Origin: an uncultured Nitrososphaeraceae archaeon
Lineage (GTDB): Archaea; Thermoproteota; Nitrososphaeria; Nitrososphaerales; Nitrososphaeraceae
Direction: 5' to 3'
DNA: 64,000 nt
Assembly: GCA_963779615.1 (NCBI GenBank)
Contig: CAVZZA010000003.1
Location: 53,237-117,236 of the forward strand
The position numbers and the translations under genes are program-made. Shown here one piece after another: positions 63,462 to 64,000 of the stretch. Every line of letters begins with the position of its first letter. Within the stretch, counting starts at the first letter, position 1. Below the pieces are notes generated by a model. That model saw nothing but the letters and a program-made list of their open reading frames with translations, was not told the DNA's origin and searched no databases.

Positions 63462-64000
63462 CTGTGGCTAATAAAGAGGACATATTTTTTTAAACATGAC
63501 AATTAATATATTATATATAAGTATTTAAGGGTATTGAGATTGAAAACCAAAATCAAAAGAATTTTGTATTGGTATGAAATAGATGCTTTTAATACATTAT
63601 TAGTTGTATCTGCAATCATGATTGCAGATGCCTTGCTGCAATTCCCACACTGAAGCAGTCAAAAGCTTTTGAACAATCCAAAATAATGCGTATCTCTATC
63701 TTGAAAATCCTTTGGGCGTGTGACAGTGTGACAAATGTTCCGGTCAGGTGGCACTATCATGTACTTTAACATCAGAAACCTGATAGTATTTGGAATTATT
63801 AAATGGTATTATTTGATAGGAATATACTCCAGATAACAATTTTCACCGACATCTAAATTTATTATTTGAGTCCCAAAATTTTTATTCATTTTATAAATTC
63901 TCGTTGTACCACACTAAAACAAAATTAGCCAGAGATAGACTGTCCTTTTCTTTGTTAGTCAAATTTGTCATGGGCCCAAGGGGGCTAATGCAGATATCGG

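Overview
AT-rich archaeal chromosomal segment. Gene content and leaderless TATA-type promoters point to a soil ammonia-oxidising archaeon (Nitrososphaeraceae, probably Ca. Nitrosocosmicus-like); this taxon call is an inference. No rRNA, intact tRNA or CRISPR array is visible. The core block is a nitrogen-assimilation operon at 28.4-34.8 kb. It runs glnA, a chimeric 104-aa ORF made by a ~320-bp tandem duplication, a glutamate synthase FMN/[3Fe-4S] subunit, a second FMN-type paralogue lacking its cofactor motifs, the Gln amidotransferase subunit and the GXGXG subunit. A convergent, frameshifted Lrp/AsnC regulator follows it. Around this is an accessory mosaic: a voltage-gated cation channel with a TLEGWVE filter, ABC and MFS transporters, gamma carbonic anhydrase, rhodanese, an adenylate cyclase-like protein, a histidine kinase and a bacterial-type quinone/aromatic detoxification cluster. 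There are many decayed IS5, IS630 and IS6 elements, a perfect IS6-type MITE with an 8-bp target duplication, scattered IS6-type ends, and a tRNA 3' fragment that looks like an att site. Several microproteins under 60 aa are absent from the ORF track, including a paralogous pair sharing DHAEGKPSSETLNKAK, three zinc fingers and a tautomerase. At least six non-IS genes are broken by a single extra base in a homopolymer or doublet, which may be sequencing error rather than biology. All product calls are from motif recognition by eye; no searches were run.
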